Source: an uncultured Methanotrichaceae archaeon (GTDB lineage Archaea > Halobacteriota > Methanosarcinia > Methanotrichales > Methanotrichaceae). From it: a DNA stretch of 42,214 nucleotides. Shown piece by piece: positions 6,741-17,354 of this stretch (positions within the stretch are counted from its first letter, which is position 1; every line of letters starts with the position of its first letter). Both the position numbers and the translations under genes were made by a program. Location: positions 1 to 42,214 of the forward strand of contig CAZPUO010000001.1 of the NCBI GenBank assembly GCA_964589745.1, read 5' to 3'. The notes beneath the pieces are model-generated. The model ran no database searches and was not told the origin of the DNA. It saw nothing but the letters and a program-made list of their open reading frames with translations.

Positions 6741-9484
6741 CTGCCCTCCCTGCCCAGCAGAAGAGCAACCGGAAAATGCTTCAGCACATCTCCGACATAA
6801 AGAGGGCTCTCTGCATCCAGGAGCTGCCCGGTTATCGCATTCCTCCAGCAACGAGGCTCATTAGCGAAGAAGGAAATATGATCATCGCCCCATACCGCCC
6901 TTCCCAGAGGATATGCTCCATCGCTAACCAGAGCTGTAGTAAGCCTGGGCACGATAGCGATCGCCCATAAGTCATTATATCGCCTGGCGAAGGCTATGAT
7001 ATTTTCCGACCTCGATCCCTCCGGTTTAAGGGGCTCGTAGGATCCTCTGGTGAAGAGCTCGGGATTCTCGCTTCTGGCCCGAAGGGATCTATGAATCAGG
7101 AAGAGCTTCAGCCTACCATCCCCATTCTGAGCCAAAAGCTCTTCGATCAGCCTTAGAACATCAGTATCTTCTCTCCGTATCAGCTCCTTCAGATATGCTG
7201 CTCTCTTCTCAAAGTCCACGGGACGGCGGTTATCCGGGTCCACAAAGCTCAAGTCCCACAGTTCACAGCCTTGATAAAAGTCGGGAATCCCTGGAGCAGT
7301 CATTTTAACCAGGGTGGAAGCAAGGGCGTTCAGAACACCGTAATGAGAAATCTTTCTCTGGAAGGGAAGGAAGGCTTCAAGAAATTCTTCGGAATCGAGG
7401 ACCCTCTCAGCGAATGCTATGAAGGCTTCCTCATAGGACCTATCCTGCCTGACCCATCCTGAGTGCACCTTGGCCTCTCTGACTGCTTTTATTAGATAAC
7501 TTTTAACCCGGTCACGAAAAGATAGCAAATCTTCGGATCGCGAGGGAAAGGCCCCGATCAAGGTCTGGTAAAAGAAATACTCATCGTTTCTGTCTGGCAT
7601 GTCTCTGCCTCTTACATTCTCCCGCTTTTCTTCGTTTATTCGGCTCCAGGCTTCAATCTGACTCGCCCAAGCCTCTGGCAGCTCAGAGAGGACGTTTATT
7701 CTTGCCCGTACATCCTCGCCCCTCTTGGTATCATGGGTTGAGGTGGCATTCATAGAATGAGGCCAGCGCTCTGATCTGAATCGGATGAAGCGGTGGAAAT
7801 CATCGAGAGATGTGCCTGAGCCCCCAGGGTCTGATCCCACTTCGTTCAGCGAGAGCAGCCGATAATAGGAATACAGAGCAGTATCCTCGATGCCTTTGGC
7901 CATCAGAGGACCTGAAAATTGCTGAAGCCTCATGATGAATGACTGCGAGTTATCACCCGCTTCCTCTGGAGGCTCCAGGATAAAGCGCTCCAGAAGATCG
8001 AGCTCATAAAAGAGGTCAAGATTTATTTGTTTCGCCAATTTGAAAGTCTCTCTGAAAACCTCGCGATCGGCTTTCCTGAAGGAACCAGGTCTCACATAGG
8101 TCCTGTAAACCGGAAGCAGAATCAGAAACTCTCTCAGAGCCTTCTTGATCCCCGATAAAGTTATATCGACCCCGCTTCGGCCAGCGCCCAGAGCCTTCTT
8201 GAGAAAACGAGCAAGGTTATCTAAATCTCCGCCCATATATCGATCAGCAATGAGCATCTTCTTCTCGTGGGCTACATCTCTAAAAGAGATCTCCAATCCC
8301 GTGAATCGAGAATATATCTCATTCAATGCCTCGACCCCATCATTATCGCAAAAGACGCCATTTTGGCAGTTCAGAAAATCATAACCGGTCGTCCCTTGCA
8401 GTGGCCAGCTATCAGGGAGATTCTCACCAGGCACGAGTACTTTCTCAGCGACCAGATATCCTTCCCTGAGATCCTCCCTCAATCTTGTCAGATACTCTTC
8501 CGGATCATAAAGCCCATCCAGATGATCTATCCGAAAGCCAGTGACCTTCGCTCTATGAAGCAGATCGAATAGGAAGGAATGAACATGATCGAACACCTCC
8601 TTCTTCTGCGTGTTGAGCGAGATCATATCGTTCAGGATAAAGAACCTTTTATAGTTTATTTCGTCCGAGGCCACCTTCCAAAAGGATAGCCTGAAGAGTT
8701 GCGACGATAGCAGCTCGTCCAGGAGGTCGAAGCTATTGGGATCTCCTACTCTTCCATTGAATATCGCCAGATTCGAATCCAGAAAACCTCTGACCGCGCT
8801 GCTCGTCGAATAGAGTCTCCAGAGTTCCTGTTTTAATCCAGGGTCCGGGTCATCCACGTTGGCTTTCAAGATAACGTTCTTGAGATCCTCGATCTCCTCA
8901 CTCACTAATTTAATTTTTTTTCCCATATCCCTCAAGCCATAGCTGAGTATTGATGAATATGATTTCAATCTCACAGGAAGGCGGACGCCTGAACATGAGA
9001 TGATAAACCCCGCATTGCCAAATTCCAGCTTTATATAGCCCTTTTCTAGGGCATCTGCATAGGGCTCTTCCAGGAATGGCGCCAGAATTCTTCCATTTAG
9101 GTTATCGCTCGGATAATCCCAGTCTACATCAAAGAAGCTAAAAAATTTCGAATGGTTTCCCTTTTCCAGGACATCCGAGAGCAAGCTATTCTCATGGCTA
9201 TAAGACATATGATTGGGTACCACATCTTGCAGCCACCCTAACTTGCGCTCAGCTGTTTCCTGCAGAAGGGCCTCGAACTCTTCGAGCGTTCCTAGTTCAG
9301 AGTTGTGAAGGTTATGATCGACGATGTCGTAGCCGTGTGAACTTCCCTCCCTCGCTTTGAAGATGGGAGACGCATAGATGTCGGAGATATCCAGCTCTGA
9401 AAGATATGATAATATCTCCCTTGCCTTCCGAAAGCCTAAGCCTGGGCCGAACTGGAGCCTGTAAGTGGCGAGGGGAACGCGCAT
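6737..9484 (-). CDS. treY: malto-oligosyltrehalose synthase (GH13)
   Basis: PLATYRLQF, GSSHGYD, DVVPNHM, INYKRFF, RIDHLDGL, VAEK, TTGYDF, TSTHDTKRGED. Confidence 0.96.
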   Translation of the reverse strand: MRVPLATYRLQFGPGLGFRKAREILSYLSELDISDIYASPIFKAREGSSHGYDIVDHNLHNSELGTLEEFEALLQETAERKLGWLQDVVPNHMSYSHENSLLSDVLEKGNHSKFFSFFDVDWDYPSDNLNGRILAPFLEEPYADALEKGYIKLEFGNAGFIISCSGVRLPVRLKSYSSILSYGLRDMGKKIKLVSEEIEDLKNVILKANVDDPDPGLKQELWRLYSTSSAVRGFLDSNLAIFNGRVGDPNSFDLLDELLSSQLFRLSFWKVASDEINYKRFFILNDMISLNTQKKEVFDHVHSFLFDLLHRAKVTGFRIDHLDGLYDPEEYLTRLREDLREGYLVAEKVLVPGENLPDSWPLQGTTGYDFLNCQNGVFCDNDGVEALNEIYSRFTGLEISFRDVAHEKKMLIADRYMGGDLDNLARFLKKALGAGRSGVDITLSGIKKALREFLILLPVYRTYVRPGSFRKADREVFRETFKLAKQINLDLFYELDLLERFILEPPEEAGDNSQSFIMRLQQFSGPLMAKGIEDTALYSYYRLLSLNEVGSDPGGSGTSLDDFHRFIRFRSERWPHSMNATSTHDTKRGEDVRARINVLSELPEAWASQIEAWSRINEEKRENVRGRDMPDRNDEYFFYQTLIGAFPSRSEDLLSFRDRVKSYLIKAVREAKVHSGWVRQDRSYEEAFIAFAERVLDSEEFLEAFLPFQRKISHYGVLNALASTLVKMTAPGIPDFYQGCELWDLSFVDPDNRRPVDFEKRAAYLKELIRREDTDVLRLIEELLAQNGDGRLKLFLIHRSLRARSENPELFTRGSYEPLKPEGSRSENIIAFARRYNDLWAIAIVPRLTTALVSDGAYPLGRAVWGDDHISFFANEPRCWRNAITGQLLDAESPLYVGDVLKHFPVALLLGREGR

Positions 9485-11908
9485 TCAAGATGGCCTCATT
9501 TGCATGCGATCTTCTATTCTCTGCATAAGCTCCAGCCACTTCCTTGCGTTCTGATCGCCCTTTTCAGCTCGCGCCTTCATCTCACCTCTAAGCTTTCTGC
9601 CTATCGAAAAGAGTATATTCTGAGACCTCCAGAGCTTTGGCTGAAGCGAGAGATCATATTCGATGCCGAGCAGCTCATTAGTCTCCTCCATGAGGGCTAA
9701 ATCTTCAGGATTCCTGTTAAATTGCTCAATTAGATTGTCAATTCGCCTGCTCGCGAGGAAATTCAGCGATTGCCTATCAATCGTTGGCCCGAATTTTCTG
9801 ACCTCATCCACAAGCTTTCGAAGTCCGGGCAGGTCGAGTTTCTCCGCTTCCAGGAATCTGCTAAGATCCGAGTCTATCACAGCCTTGACTATAGACTGAA
9901 GGGTCTCTGGAAGCGGTACCCCCAGGTCATTCATTACCTGGAGCGCCGGATAGTTATGCACGTAGGCCTGATGGAAGAAGGAGCCGATCTCCCTTTGATC
10001 AGGTTCGAGAATGTGACTGAGGGTCCTTCGCTGCTCATCCTTGAAAAGGTGCCAGATGGTGTAGCTGTGAGCGCCAAAATGCTTATCCATTAGGCGGATT
10101 ACCTCGGGTATGTCACTCTTCGAAAAGGATTCTTTGATCTCTTTTTGCATCAGTAGATGCGGCTCATTGCCCCTGAACCGATAAGCAGCACCGATCAGGT
10201 TGTGGCCGCTGAAATGAAGTGCGGCGAAGCTGATGATCTCCTCTTCCCAGGTAATACTTGATTGCACGCGGACCTTGCCCACTGCCAGGCTCATCTCTCC
10301 AGCCTTTTCAAGGGCGAAGTTTTCTTTGGCCACGGTATAGCAGAAGATCATCGTCTTTTCCGGGTATTCATTGAAAAGAGATGATATGGCGTAGTGTGCA
10401 GCAACCCTCAACAGATCTAGAGCGACAGGCTTCACCAGCCTCATATAAATCTTTTTGCCGTCTTCAAACTCTCTGAGGTTGCTCTTCGCTTGATTCAAGC
10501 GATCTAAATAGCCGGGCTCCAGATCCATGGCGTTCATTTCTCTGGCTAGCTGCATGGCCCTGGCGGCATATTTCATAACCTGAGTGGTCTCTAGCCCTGA
10601 GATCTCGTCAAAGAACCAACCGTCGCTGGCGTACATGAGCATGGCATGCCTCTGCATCTCCAGGAGTTTGAGGGCCTTTACCTTCTCTTCAGCTGAGAGC
10701 GTCTTCAAGGCATGATTAGATAGAAATTTTTCGATGCTTTCCGGTGATCTGTCCAGAATGATCTGTATATAGTCGTCTCTCGCGGCCCAGGGCTCCTTAA
10801 AGAAGATCTTCGCTTCCTGCTCGTAGACTGGCACAAGGGCTTCTCTAACCCAGTCCATGGCCTGGCGAAGAGGTGCTCTCCAGGCCTGATTCCAACCCGG
10901 ATGACCTCCAGAATTGCAGCCGCAATCACTCTTCCAACGCTCAACGCCATGCGGGCAGCTCCAGGATGTGTTTTCGACTATCTCCGCCTCGAAAGTGGGA
11001 GGGTACTTCTCCAGGTATTCGCCGTAGACGGTAATCTTGGCGAGGTTCTTGGACTCGATGTGGTAAAGACAATAAGCAAGTGCCATATCGCCTCCGGAAT
11101 GGTGGTGGCCATAGCTCTCCCCATCTGTGGCTATATGAACCAGCTGTGATTCATCTCCAGTGAGACCATTCAACAGTCTGCTGGCAAAGTTCTCTCCATT
11201 GTCCAGAAGATTCATAAATGCGATGTCCTTGGCCATCAGGCCATCGTAGACGAAGAGGCTGATGGTCCTCCCTGAATCGAGCCTGCAGAGATATGCCCTC
11301 CGAAGATCCAACCCCTTCGATGCTTCAATCCATTCCTGATCTCCGATCTTTCGAAATCTCGCCACCTGATGAGGGGCCAGAATGGTGAACTTTATGCCCT
11401 GCTCGGCCAGAATGTCCAGGCTTTTCTTGTCTACTGCAGTTTCGGGGAGCCACATTCCCTCTGGCCTCACTCCCAGACGGTGCTCGTACTCTTTTATACC
11501 CCAGATAACCTGAGTGCGTCTGTCCCTTATGTCAGCGAGGGGAAGTATCATGTGATTGTAGGCCTGAGCTATGGCCGGAGAATGGCCTGAAAAGCGGTCG
11601 AGAGAGGGCCGACCAGCTTTCAGCACTGCTTGCAGCGTTTCTGGGGAGTTGGCCTCCAACCAGGAGAGCAGCGTTGGACCGAAGTCGTAGCTAATATGTT
11701 TATAATTATTAACAATATCTATTATCCTGAGGTCGCGTCCCAGGATGCGGGCTGCCGCATTTGGCGCATAACACTCAGACGTGATTCGATCGTTCCAATC
11801 ATGGTAGGGATATGCGGAATCCTGGAGCTCAACTTGCTCCAGCCAGGGATTCTCCCTGGGAGGTTGATAGAAATGCCCGTGGATGCAGACATGGCATGTC
11901 ACTGTCAC
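9485..11908 (-). CDS. GH57-family glycoside hydrolase with DUF3536 C-terminal domain
   Basis: CIHGHFYQPPRENPW, YNHMILP, GMWLPETA, ATDGESYGHH, SWSCPHGVERW, GWFFDEISG. Confidence 0.92.
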   Translation of the reverse strand: MTVTCHVCIHGHFYQPPRENPWLEQVELQDSAYPYHDWNDRITSECYAPNAAARILGRDLRIIDIVNNYKHISYDFGPTLLSWLEANSPETLQAVLKAGRPSLDRFSGHSPAIAQAYNHMILPLADIRDRRTQVIWGIKEYEHRLGVRPEGMWLPETAVDKKSLDILAEQGIKFTILAPHQVARFRKIGDQEWIEASKGLDLRRAYLCRLDSGRTISLFVYDGLMAKDIAFMNLLDNGENFASRLLNGLTGDESQLVHIATDGESYGHHHSGGDMALAYCLYHIESKNLAKITVYGEYLEKYPPTFEAEIVENTSWSCPHGVERWKSDCGCNSGGHPGWNQAWRAPLRQAMDWVREALVPVYEQEAKIFFKEPWAARDDYIQIILDRSPESIEKFLSNHALKTLSAEEKVKALKLLEMQRHAMLMYASDGWFFDEISGLETTQVMKYAARAMQLAREMNAMDLEPGYLDRLNQAKSNLREFEDGKKIYMRLVKPVALDLLRVAAHYAISSLFNEYPEKTMIFCYTVAKENFALEKAGEMSLAVGKVRVQSSITWEEEIISFAALHFSGHNLIGAAYRFRGNEPHLLMQKEIKESFSKSDIPEVIRLMDKHFGAHSYTIWHLFKDEQRRTLSHILEPDQREIGSFFHQAYVHNYPALQVMNDLGVPLPETLQSIVKAVIDSDLSRFLEAEKLDLPGLRKLVDEVRKFGPTIDRQSLNFLASRRIDNLIEQFNRNPEDLALMEETNELLGIEYDLSLQPKLWRSQNILFSIGRKLRGEMKARAEKGDQNARKWLELMQRIEDRMQMRPS

Positions 11909-13707
11909 ACCTTCTCATATAATAAAAAGGTATGAGGTTTTATATGAAATTTTTCAGCCTGTCTGATCATATCAGGCATAGCTGAGCCTGGGCCGTCCCA
12001 TATAGCCTCCGATGAGTCAATGACTTTTTTCCAGATCTCCGTCTCCGGGTTCAGCTGGAAGGCCGATTCTGCCTGGCAGAAATTCATAATGCAGATCGTC
12101 TCACTTGAGCCATGCCATCTTTTGAGAAAGACTATGCAGCCGTCAGAAGAGACTTCCTGGCAATTTCTATTTGGGTTATGCAGGGCCGGTATATCTTTCC
12201 TTAATCGGATGAGCATGCTGTAAAAATCGAGCATTACTTTGTGCCTACCAGTTGTTCGCTTCTGCCATCTAACCTTTGATAGAAAGAATGAAGATGTGTC
12301 CTGCGGGTCAGAGGGTTCGGCCAAAGGGGTCAATTCGCTCCTCCTTCCCTCTTTTACAGCCTCTGCCAGAGCATTATCTGAATAGCTCACAAAGTAGAGG
12401 AATGGAGCTCCCTCGGCATACTCCTCTCCCATGAAGATTTGCGGTATATACGGCGAGAGAATTGTCACACCAGCAGCCAGTTTCAGGGCCTCAAAGGAGA
12501 GAAGTCTGGAGAGCCGTTCGCCTAGGGGACGATTGCCCACCTGATCATGGTTCTGTGAGAAAATGATGAACTTGCTGGCTGGAATTCCTAGGGAAGAACT
12601 TCCATGATGCCTCTTTCTGTACTTTGAGAAATTCCAGCAATATACAAACCCTTCTCGGAGAGCCTTCACCAGATCTTCAACATGCCCAAAGTCCTGATAA
12701 TAGCCACTTCGCTCGCCGGTGAGCAGTGCATGAAGAGCATGATGCAGATCGTCACACCATTGAGCATCAATTCCAAAGCCGTTTCTATCCCGGGAGTCTA
12801 ATATCCTCACATCATTCAAGTCGCTTTCTGCGATCAAGTAGCGCTTTCTATCCCATTCCGAGAACTCAGAGACTTTTTCAGCCAGTTCCCTGAGGAAATG
12901 CTTGGCGCCCATATCCAAGATGGCATGCACCGCATCCAATCGGAGAGCGTCCAGGTGATATTCCCTGAACCAATGCAGAGCGTTCTCAAAGAAGAACTCT
13001 CTCACGGCGTCGCTGCAGGTATCATCAAAGTTGAGGGCTTTGCCCCAGGGTGTTCTATGCCTTTCAGCAAAGTAGGGCCCAAAGTCGGCAAAATAGGCTC
13101 CCTCCGGGCCGAAATGATTATAGACCACATCGAGAATTACTGCGAACCCCCGGACATGACATTCATCGATCAGTCTCTTGAAGCCGTCAGGGCCACCGTA
13201 GGAGTTCTGCACCGCAAAGGGGTAGGCAACATCGTACCCCCAGTTTCTCGTGCCAGGGAACTGCCCGACAGGCATGATCTCGAGCGCATTTATTCCCAAA
13301 TCCTTAAGATCATCAAGCCGTGGGATGACAGCCTCGAAGGTTCCCTCTTCTGTGAAAGTGCCGATGTGAAGCTCGTAGATGATCATCCTCTCCAGGGGTA
13401 CCCCTCGCCAGCTCCGATCTTGCCACGGATATTCATGGTTGACCACCTGGGAGGGGCCGTGTACGCCTTCGGGCTGGCTGTGTGAAGCCGGATCTGGCCG
13501 CTCCAAGGAGCCTTCCAGCCTGAAAAAGTATTTTGTTCCAGGAAATATATCATTAACATCGAAAGTCCAGTAGCCGCGGTCATTTTTTTTCGAATGAATC
13601 ACCCTGCTCTCAGCCCCTATGATCACCAGGGCTAAGTCACCTGAAAATGGTGCCCAGACAGCGAAACTGCACTTTCCATCGCCCTGATATTTGGCCCCGA
13701 TGTTCAT
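11905..13707 (-). CDS. treZ: malto-oligosyltrehalose trehalohydrolase (GH13)
   Basis: FAVWAP, YELHIGTFT, RNWGYD, DVVYNH, LRLDAVH, IAESD, QNHDQVGNR, FMGEEY; ATG at 13707 (alternative GTG at 13719). Confidence 0.95.
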   Translation of the reverse strand: MNIGAKYQGDGKCSFAVWAPFSGDLALVIIGAESRVIHSKKNDRGYWTFDVNDIFPGTKYFFRLEGSLERPDPASHSQPEGVHGPSQVVNHEYPWQDRSWRGVPLERMIIYELHIGTFTEEGTFEAVIPRLDDLKDLGINALEIMPVGQFPGTRNWGYDVAYPFAVQNSYGGPDGFKRLIDECHVRGFAVILDVVYNHFGPEGAYFADFGPYFAERHRTPWGKALNFDDTCSDAVREFFFENALHWFREYHLDALRLDAVHAILDMGAKHFLRELAEKVSEFSEWDRKRYLIAESDLNDVRILDSRDRNGFGIDAQWCDDLHHALHALLTGERSGYYQDFGHVEDLVKALREGFVYCWNFSKYRKRHHGSSSLGIPASKFIIFSQNHDQVGNRPLGERLSRLLSFEALKLAAGVTILSPYIPQIFMGEEYAEGAPFLYFVSYSDNALAEAVKEGRRSELTPLAEPSDPQDTSSFFLSKVRWQKRTTGRHKVMLDFYSMLIRLRKDIPALHNPNRNCQEVSSDGCIVFLKRWHGSSETICIMNFCQAESAFQLNPETEIWKKVIDSSEAIWDGPGSAMPDMIRQAEKFHIKPHTFLLYEKV

Positions 13708-13711
13708 CGCT

Positions 13712-16700
13712 CTATCCACTGCTACTATTCTTTTTTGTAAGAGCTAAAAGGTAAATTATCCCCTGCAGAGGAATTATCAATGATTTGGGCTTATCCAGGC
13801 TTCTTCCAAGCTCAGAAATCACCTTTTCCAAGAGAAATGCATTGAGCATATCTTCGAATTTATCCATCTCGGATGGAAGAAGGCCCGTACCATTAACGGT
13901 CTTTATATAAGCTCTGATGAAGATGCCGCTAACATACTTGAAACAAAGCTCTTTCCAAGGCTCGAGCAATGGCAGATCCTCCTTTCGTGCTGAAGCATGT
14001 TTGAAAAGAGCTGTGCCAATAGCACAATGGAAGGACATGATCATACTCGCCAGATCCACAACTGGCGAGCGTTTAAGTTTGCGATCGATCAGATATTCCC
14101 GATCATGGTCGAATCCAAAAATGAAGAAGTCGTTACCAGTGTACAGAAGCTGGGCAAGATGATAATCGCCATGAATTCGAATTCTTGAACCGTTAAGCTT
14201 ACGCTGCGTCAGCTTCTTCATCTGGCTTTGGATCTCAGTTTTCAATGCAAAGACGTTTGATGCAAGGCCTTTAATGTCGTCAGGCATATCCTTAATTTGT
14301 CTGCCCAGAGAGAAGAATGTTCTATCGACCGTCACTTTCATGGACTGGTAAAGCGACTTCTGGTGAAAAACGGTGAATGGTGCGGGTGCAAAGTCGGGAT
14401 CATCAGACGATGCCAAGGCCAGATGCAGTTCCCCGGTTCTCATGCCTAGAAGCTGAACCCTCTCCAGATAAACTCCTCCCAGCAGTTCTTTAATAAGAGG
14501 AGGAATTCTTTCAGGATCGATCTCGAGAAGAGATTCTGGCCCTTTTGGAGGCTCCTGAATTTCTTGCTTCTTGGCCAGGACCCTTTCAAAGTATCTGCCG
14601 ACTTCATCTAATGTGTAGTTCCAGGCATTTCCCTCATTGGGGACAAATCCCTGAAGCATGCCGATGGCCATCGGCTCTGCCCTGGGATGTCTATACTCGA
14701 TGGCTCCACAGAAATGTGGAATATTATGAAATCCCCTCTCTGTAAGGAACCTGGTCATCTCCACCTCATAATTTCCGCCTTCATCGATGAGCCTGTACAG
14801 CTTCATGAGAAACAAGTCATTGAACTGAACATAGATCGTGCTCTTTCCAAACTTGAGGAGCTTTGAGGCCAGGCCACTAACCTCATCTGCCCTGCAGGAT
14901 GGTTTGCTGGAATAAAAAATGAGGTTTCCGCGAGAATCTCTTATCTTCTTGCCGCGGAGTATCAGCGAAAGAAGGGCTTCACGCAATTTATCGTCGTAGG
15001 CACCATCATGGGCAACAATATTTTCGTCACCGACGTTGAACTTGGCCATCAGGCTCTGAGGGAATTGAGTCAGAAGCGTCTCTGCTCTATCTCCAGATGC
15101 AAAGGACAGAGGCAGAAGATAGAGACCAGTCGGACCCTCTGCATAATCCATCTTGAGGAGGAGAAGATGGGAGTGAGAAACCGAGGATATAGGCGTCGAT
15201 TCTAAAATTTGCACCGATTGGACTGGGCGACCTTCTCCTCTGGATAAGCCCAGGCACTGGAGATAGCTCAAGAGAATGTCTTCCAGCTTCTCTTTGGTTT
15301 TATCATCTGACAGCTTGCTCCACTTTTCCATCTTGATTAAAGGCAGAAGCCCATCTTTAGTTACACAGACCTGTTCTTTTTTCTGCACCAACGAAAACAT
15401 ATAATAATAATAGGGTCCGATAGTGATCATATAGGGAGATTTTTCGATCGCATGGAACTTTCTCCTGCTCAGCAGCTCCTCGGGCAAGAAGCCTACATAC
15501 TCGCTCAGGTCAACCTCAGTTTGCTGAGGATATTTTGATAGGTTAGCAACCACGAGTATCGTCTCCTCGCGATAGTGGCGGCTGAAGGCTATGACCTTAG
15601 AGTTATTTGGAAAGAGAATCTTGATGTCGCCTCTTCCAAAGGCCTTTAACCTTTTGCGAAGCGAAATAATTTGTTTCATCCACCACAGCAGGGAGGAAGA
15701 ATCTCCCTCCTGGTTGGCGACATTCAACGACGCGTAATGGTACTGAGGATCGATGATCAGAGGCAAGTACAGCTCCTGCGGATTGGCAAAAGAGAAACCT
15801 GCATTCAAGTCCAGGTTCCATTGCATAGGTGTACGCACTCCATTCCGATCACCGAGATAGTAGTTATCTCCCATTCCAATCTCGTCGCCATAGTAAACTA
15901 CCGGAGTACCGGGAAGGGAGAAAAGCAGCCAAAACATGAGCTCAATCTTTCTGCGATTATTTCCCAGAAGAGGCGCAAGCCGCCTGCGAATTCCGAGATT
16001 GATCTTAGTTCGCGGATCGGTAGCATAAACACGATACATATAATCTCTTTCCTCGTCAGTGACCATCTCCAGGGTCAACTCATCATGATTGCGCAAAAAT
16101 AGCGCCCATTGGCAGGATTCTGGGATCCGGGGAGTTTGGTCCATGATGTTTATGATGGGAAAACGGTCTTCCATCTCGATGGCCATGAACATCCTGGGCA
16201 TGAGCGGGAAATGGAAGGCCATATGGCATTCATTACCTTCACCAAAGTACGCCACAGCATCTTCAGGCCACTGATTAGATTCGGCTAGAAGCATCTTATT
16301 CTTAAATTTGCTGTCAACATGCGACCGAAGCTTCCTCAAGAAATCGTGAGTCTCTGGCAGATTCTCGCAGTTTGTGCCTTCGCGCTCGTAGAGATACGGA
16401 ACTGCATCCAGTCTGATACCATCCACACCCATGCGAAGCCAAAAGTCAATAACTCTGGTCATGGCTCTCTGAACGTGAGGACTATCGAAATTAAGGTCGG
16501 GCTGGTGGGTGTAAAAGCGGTGCCAGTAGTAGGATCTTGCCGCCGCATCCCAGGCCCAGTTGGAGGTCTCAAAGTCCTTGAAGATTATCCGGGCCTCCTT
16601 ATATTTGTCAGGTGTATCACTCCACACATAAAAATTTCTCCAGACTGATCCGGGTTTGGATTTCCGAGCCTTCTGAAACCAGGGATGACGATCTGAAGTA

Positions 16701-17038
16701 TGGTTCAATACCATCTCGGTGATCACTTTCAGCCCCCTCAGATGAGCCTCTTTCAAAAATCTCCGAAATGTTCTTAAATCCCCGTAATCAGGATGGATGT
16801 CAAAGTAATCAGTTATATCGTAACCATCATCTTTGAGGGGTGATGGGTAGAATGGCAATAGCCAGATGGCGGTTATCCCCAGGTCTTTTAGATAATCCAG
16901 CTTCTCGATGAGCCCCTGAAAGTCTCCAATTCCATCTCCATTGCTATCGTAAAAAGATTTTACATGAACTTCATAGATGATAGCGTCTTTGTACCAGAGG
17001 CCATCCTCATCGATAAAGTTGTGATCTTCTGCTGCCAC
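13712..17038 (-). CDS. treS: trehalose synthase fused to a maltokinase (Mak/Pep2)-like domain
   Basis: WYKDAIIYE, DSNGDGIGD, RLDAVPYL, LAESNQW, FLRNHDELTLEMV, DRNGVRTPMQW; C-terminal APH-fold region with RIHGDYHL. Confidence 0.95.
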   Translation of the reverse strand: MAAEDHNFIDEDGLWYKDAIIYEVHVKSFYDSNGDGIGDFQGLIEKLDYLKDLGITAIWLLPFYPSPLKDDGYDITDYFDIHPDYGDLRTFRRFLKEAHLRGLKVITEMVLNHTSDRHPWFQKARKSKPGSVWRNFYVWSDTPDKYKEARIIFKDFETSNWAWDAAARSYYWHRFYTHQPDLNFDSPHVQRAMTRVIDFWLRMGVDGIRLDAVPYLYEREGTNCENLPETHDFLRKLRSHVDSKFKNKMLLAESNQWPEDAVAYFGEGNECHMAFHFPLMPRMFMAIEMEDRFPIINIMDQTPRIPESCQWALFLRNHDELTLEMVTDEERDYMYRVYATDPRTKINLGIRRRLAPLLGNNRRKIELMFWLLFSLPGTPVVYYGDEIGMGDNYYLGDRNGVRTPMQWNLDLNAGFSFANPQELYLPLIIDPQYHYASLNVANQEGDSSSLLWWMKQIISLRKRLKAFGRGDIKILFPNNSKVIAFSRHYREETILVVANLSKYPQQTEVDLSEYVGFLPEELLSRRKFHAIEKSPYMITIGPYYYYMFSLVQKKEQVCVTKDGLLPLIKMEKWSKLSDDKTKEKLEDILLSYLQCLGLSRGEGRPVQSVQILESTPISSVSHSHLLLLKMDYAEGPTGLYLLPLSFASGDRAETLLTQFPQSLMAKFNVGDENIVAHDGAYDDKLREALLSLILRGKKIRDSRGNLIFYSSKPSCRADEVSGLASKLLKFGKSTIYVQFNDLFLMKLYRLIDEGGNYEVEMTRFLTERGFHNIPHFCGAIEYRHPRAEPMAIGMLQGFVPNEGNAWNYTLDEVGRYFERVLAKKQEIQEPPKGPESLLEIDPERIPPLIKELLGGVYLERVQLLGMRTGELHLALASSDDPDFAPAPFTVFHQKSLYQSMKVTVDRTFFSLGRQIKDMPDDIKGLASNVFALKTEIQSQMKKLTQRKLNGSRIRIHGDYHLAQLLYTGNDFFIFGFDHDREYLIDRKLKRSPVVDLASMIMSFHCAIGTALFKHASARKEDLPLLEPWKELCFKYVSGIFIRAYIKTVNGTGLLPSEMDKFEDMLNAFLLEKVISELGRSLDKPKSLIIPLQGIIYLLALTKKNSSSG

Positions 17039-17291
17039 GACGCTTCTCCTAGAAAATCTTCACCTGCGCTATCAGTGCCTTGAAAATTTTGATTAAGACC
17101 ATAATAGATTACCGTCTCAAATTAATTTAAGACTTTCGAGAGTCGCGGCTTGCAGGGAAAGCGTTATTATCATCTTAGCTTTTCAAAAGGCCTACTCTTT
17201 CATCTAATATTTCATTTCTTGGAAAGTCAGTGTCCTTGACATCCCAGAATCTTTTTGTTTTTTGCATTTCTCGGAAACAAAAGAACAGGCA

Positions 17292-17354
17292 AAGGCAGAG
17301 CATGCCTTACTCAAGACCCGTGACGAGCTCCGGAGTAGAGTGGAGGGTTATTAA
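17292..17354 (+). pseudogene. possible relic of a PAS/histidine-kinase coiled-coil linker
   Basis: KAEHALLKTRDELRSRVEGY* resembles the post-PAS linker RKxAEEALxKARDELExRVEER; isolated in a ~700-bp intergenic gap. Confidence 0.35.

Noticed and set aside
6741-6851. Cys-rich N-terminal extension of MalQ
   Set aside because: Overlaps treY; the true start is the coupled ATG at 6740.
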